From assembly GCA_964016885.1 (NCBI GenBank), contig CAXHJY010001537.1, positions 1 to 60,274 on the forward strand: DNA of 60,274 nt, in the 5' to 3' direction. Of this stretch, positions 56,822 through 60,274 are shown in pieces. The notes under the pieces were generated by a model. It was given only the letters and a program-made list of their open reading frames with translations. It was not told where the DNA came from and did no database searches. Position 1 is the stretch's first letter; each line of letters starts with the position of its first letter. The position numbers were made by a program, and so were the translations under genes. This DNA comes from Eledone cirrhosa. Lineage: Eukaryota.

Positions 56822-57430
56822 CATGGTGGCTGCCAACTCGTTTTCGAGTACGGCCACTACTTTATATCCATGTAGGAGAACCCCTACCGATGCGCTAAAC
56901 AAGTGTGACTTTTAGTCCAGCCAGCGACTTGAAAACTCTGGTACAAACACTACACCTGTGACAATTATTGACACATAGTGTTGGGCCTTTGGTACCATGT
57001 GACGACAAGTGTAGAGAGATCTCCAGATATAAAGCAATGCCTGTGCCGTGAAGCTTTTATAGTGAGCAAAGGCACTGCACAAAGCCAGTCCCACTCTCTT
57101 AACCAAGATGATATTTACCAAAAAGAAGAATAAGTCAACATCATTGGATACCATCAGGGTTGCAGGTGTTATATCAGAGTTTTCCTTCTCTTAGAATTCT
57201 GCCTTGACAAAGGCTAAGGGTCATCTCTCCCGGTGATTTTGGATGGCCATTGACTCTTAAGAGCTCCTTTGCCCTTTGACAGGTTTTGTTTTTAGTCCTG
57301 CAGGATGTCCAAAGTCACCCTCCTCACCAAGAAACCTTGGTGGGGTTGCCAGTTTAGTCGCCAACGACCCGACCATGGGACAGGTTGTACTGGGATACAT
57401 GTTACCAGTAGCACCAACTGGTGACCTGAC
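56822..57430 (-). mobile_element. Complete bipartite non-autonomous element (structured 5' module + RTE-derived module)
   Basis: 56822-57231 matches 4931-5349; 57238-57430 matches 14082-14276; (TACA)n on both sides. Confidence 0.78.
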
Positions 57431-57456
57431 ATAACATACATACATACATACATACA

Positions 57457-57490
<34 letters not shown>

Positions 57491-57643
57491 CACATATATA
57501 TGCATACGTACATGTATATATATATATATCTGCATAAATACATTCCTATATCCGTGTATACATGAAAACATACGAACATACAAGCATATATAAATACATT
57601 AATACACATATACATATGTGTGTCTGCGTGTGCTTGTGTGTGT

Positions 57644-57714
<71 letters not shown>

Positions 57715-57807
57715 AGTGTTTGTGTCTGTGACTGTGTGTGTGTGTATCCCGCGTTCAATCGTGTGTAATCAATACATAGCAGAGTATGAATTATTTAATA
57801 TAGTAAT

Positions 57808-57880
57808 GGCTTCTACGGGACTAGAACTGTTTCGTTCCAAGGATTTCATCGAAGGAAATTATGAGGCTTTCCTGCTGATT
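57808..57880. ncRNA. Scrambled family C hammerhead remnant
   Basis: Minus-strand GAAA-cagttctagtcccg-TA-gaagcc, plus a plus-strand ggctttc-CTGCTGA piece. Confidence 0.45.
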
Positions 57881-57921
57881 TCCTCTCAATTAAACAATCC
57901 TAGTCCTTATATATATATATA

Positions 57922-58028
57922 TAATTGTTTCCACTTTAGGCACAAGGCCAACAATTCACCAGTGCATTACTGGTACTTTATTTTATCGACCCCGTAAGGA
58001 TGAAAGGCAAAGTCAACCTCGGCGGGAT
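57922..58028 (-). mobile_element. tRNA-derived SINE, 5'-truncated
   Basis: Core and 3' end of the main family. Confidence 0.82.
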
Positions 58029-58319
58029 ATATAATAATAAATATATAAACGGAAACAATGAAACGAAATTTCATTTCTCACTCTTAGTACTGCTGTTACT
58101 TAAATATAAGTATGTATACGTACATACATATATGTATACAGACGTACAGTAGTATGTATATATATATATATATATACATACATGCACATACATATATATG
58201 TACGTATGGATTCACCGAACATTTATTATAATGCTCGGTGTGTTTGTAAACAAACATCCCGTATTAAGCCGCAGTGTCTAGCAACCATCGTTGCTCGTTT
58301 GTTCAACACTGACAAAGGA

Positions 58320-58362
58320 ACACTGTACTACTTTCAAGCTTATTAGCTATCGTCAGCAACGT
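58320..58362 (-). ncRNA. Hammerhead ribozyme (family H)
   Basis: acgttg-CTGACGA-tagct aata agctt-GAAA-gtag-TA-cagtgt. Confidence 0.72.
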
Positions 58363-58616
58363 ATACCTTCCTGCCAGATGATTGGACGTGTGAAAGTATA
58401 TACTTTCCTTATGCATATTAACGGCTGAGCAGCCTAATTTGCATATCGAGTGGATTAATCGAGTGGGAAATGAAATTTCGTTTCATTTTTTCCGTTTATC
58501 GTTTTCGGTACCCCGGCCGATTAACCCACTCGATATGCAAATTAGGCTGCTCAGCCGTTAATATACATAAGGAAAGTATATACTTTCACACGTTCAATCA
58601 TCTGGCAGGAAGGTAT

Positions 58617-58659
58617 ACGTTGCTGACGATAGCTAATAAGCTTGAAACTAGTACAGCGT
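58617..58659 (+). ncRNA. Hammerhead ribozyme (family H)
   Basis: acgttg-CTGACGA-tagct aata agctt-GAAA-ctag-TA-cagcgt. Confidence 0.8.
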
Positions 58660-58798
58660 TCCTTTGTCAGTGTTGAACAAACGAGCAACGATGGTTGCTA
58701 GACACTACGACTTAATACGGGATGTTTGTTTAAAAACACACTGAGCATTATAATAAATGTTCGGTGAATCCATACGTACATATATATATGTGTGCATG

Positions 58799-58832
<34 letters not shown>

Positions 58833-58924
58833 TACTACTGTACGTCTGTATACATATATGTATGTACGTGTACACACTTATAAATAAATATATAATATAT
58901 ATATATGTATATATTATTCTTGTG

Positions 58925-59130
58925 TAGCACCTATCCACCATCTGTGGGAGCCCCTACATGGACACACTGGAAGAGGAAGACCAAGGTTAACGTATGTTGA
59001 TGCCCTAAGGACAGACACTGGTCTGTTGGAGACGCAGGATATGGCAGCGATAATGAGGGACAGAGACCGCTGGAGAGAACTCGTCCATGGATCTCGGGAA
59101 TTTTACCCGCTCTAGATAGATAGATAGATA
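58925..59130 (+). mobile_element. RTE/RTEX-like LINE 3' end with (TAGA)n tail
   Basis: [36 protein letters not shown]. Confidence 0.72.
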
Positions 59131-59142
59131 TATATTATATAT

Positions 59143-59640
59143 GTCGTTTCTGAATTTGTTTAGCAAGATCCTTTATCTGAAAACGTGTGTTGAAACCGCT
59201 ATTGTTATACTTTGGGAGGGTCATGTTGCCAATAAGAAACACACGCACCAGTTGCTTTCACTTCAATTTATTATAAATTAAATTTATAAATTTAGGAATT
59301 TATAAATTTCCAGTTGGTTGGTCGGTTCCACAACCAGATGATTGTTCATATATTGTCAAAGTTCTTTCGTCACACATTCTGTGACCTCTTCAGTGACTGG
59401 GATTCTTTTCTTTGTTTTTGTGCCTTTCCTTTGTTCTGTCATACGCCATCTTGTTTTTGTGTGTGTTGTGTGCTTAGTTTGCGCATGTGTTACATCCGGG
59501 TGTCTGTGTGTGTTTATATTTGTTTATTTATTTGTTTATTTACATGTTATTCGTTGGTTGTTTGTTCTATGTGCGTGTGTGTTTTCATTTTGTCCTTAAT
59601 TGTAAGTTGTGACGTTGCTGTTCCACTCATGTTTTCTATT
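59143..59640 (-). mobile_element. Longest family D copy, HHR at 59355-59397
   Basis: gtca-CTGAAGA-g-gtcacagaatgtgtgac-GAAA-gaac-TT-tgac, identical to 14380-14422. The 5' boundary is uncertain. Confidence 0.72.
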
Positions 59641-59868
59641 TAATTTTGGTTGGAGTTCATTTATGTTTATATTAATTAAAATTAAATAATCAGTTGTGAA
59701 ACGCGCGTCACCAATCAATGAATGTAATGGAGGAGTAACCCCACGTCCTTGTTATCTTATTTCACTATATTACACTCTGTATAGCTCTACACCTCGACAC
59801 AGAAGTGAACCTAAACATCGAGTGCTCACCCGGGTAAACCTGCAGTAACTCCAAGTTACACTCGCTGG

Positions 59869-60250
<382 letters not shown>

Positions 60251-60274
60251 GTGTCTGAGTTTATGTATATACAA

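Larger units (their letters stand above)
58045..58885. mobile_element. Fold-back of two circularly permuted copies of a ~435-nt HHR monomer (family H)
   Basis: 58106-58460 is inverted relative to 58518-58880; 58045-58083 is inverted relative to 58460-58499. Confidence 0.82.

Overview
This is AT-rich, microsatellite-saturated eukaryotic DNA, intergenic or intronic. The SINE and repeat content suggests an octopod cephalopod, but that is inference from memory of the families. I found no host gene, rRNA, tRNA or CRISPR array, and most listed ORFs are translations of simple repeats. Recognisable elements are: a near-complete R4/Dong-type RLE retrotransposon (1-3918); a decayed near-full-length RTE/BovB-type LINE (10742-14035); HERO-, CRE-, CR1-, Tx1- and further R4-like fragments; two Penelope-like element (PLE) remnants with GIY-YIG domains; about 16 copies of a tRNA-derived SINE; hAT and mariner MITEs; and several satellites. 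The main signal is non-coding. About 25-30 minimal type I hammerhead ribozyme (HHR) motifs, from roughly 10 sequence families, sit in short elements embedded in (TA)n tracts. Many of these elements are fold-back insertions, several folded exactly at HHR stem II. Some are partial-tandem or circularly permuted monomers of about 331, 435 and 485 nt, as expected of retrozymes or PLE pseudo-LTRs. One HHR family is physically linked to a Neptune-type PLE ORF remnant. All folds were read by eye; none was computed or tested.
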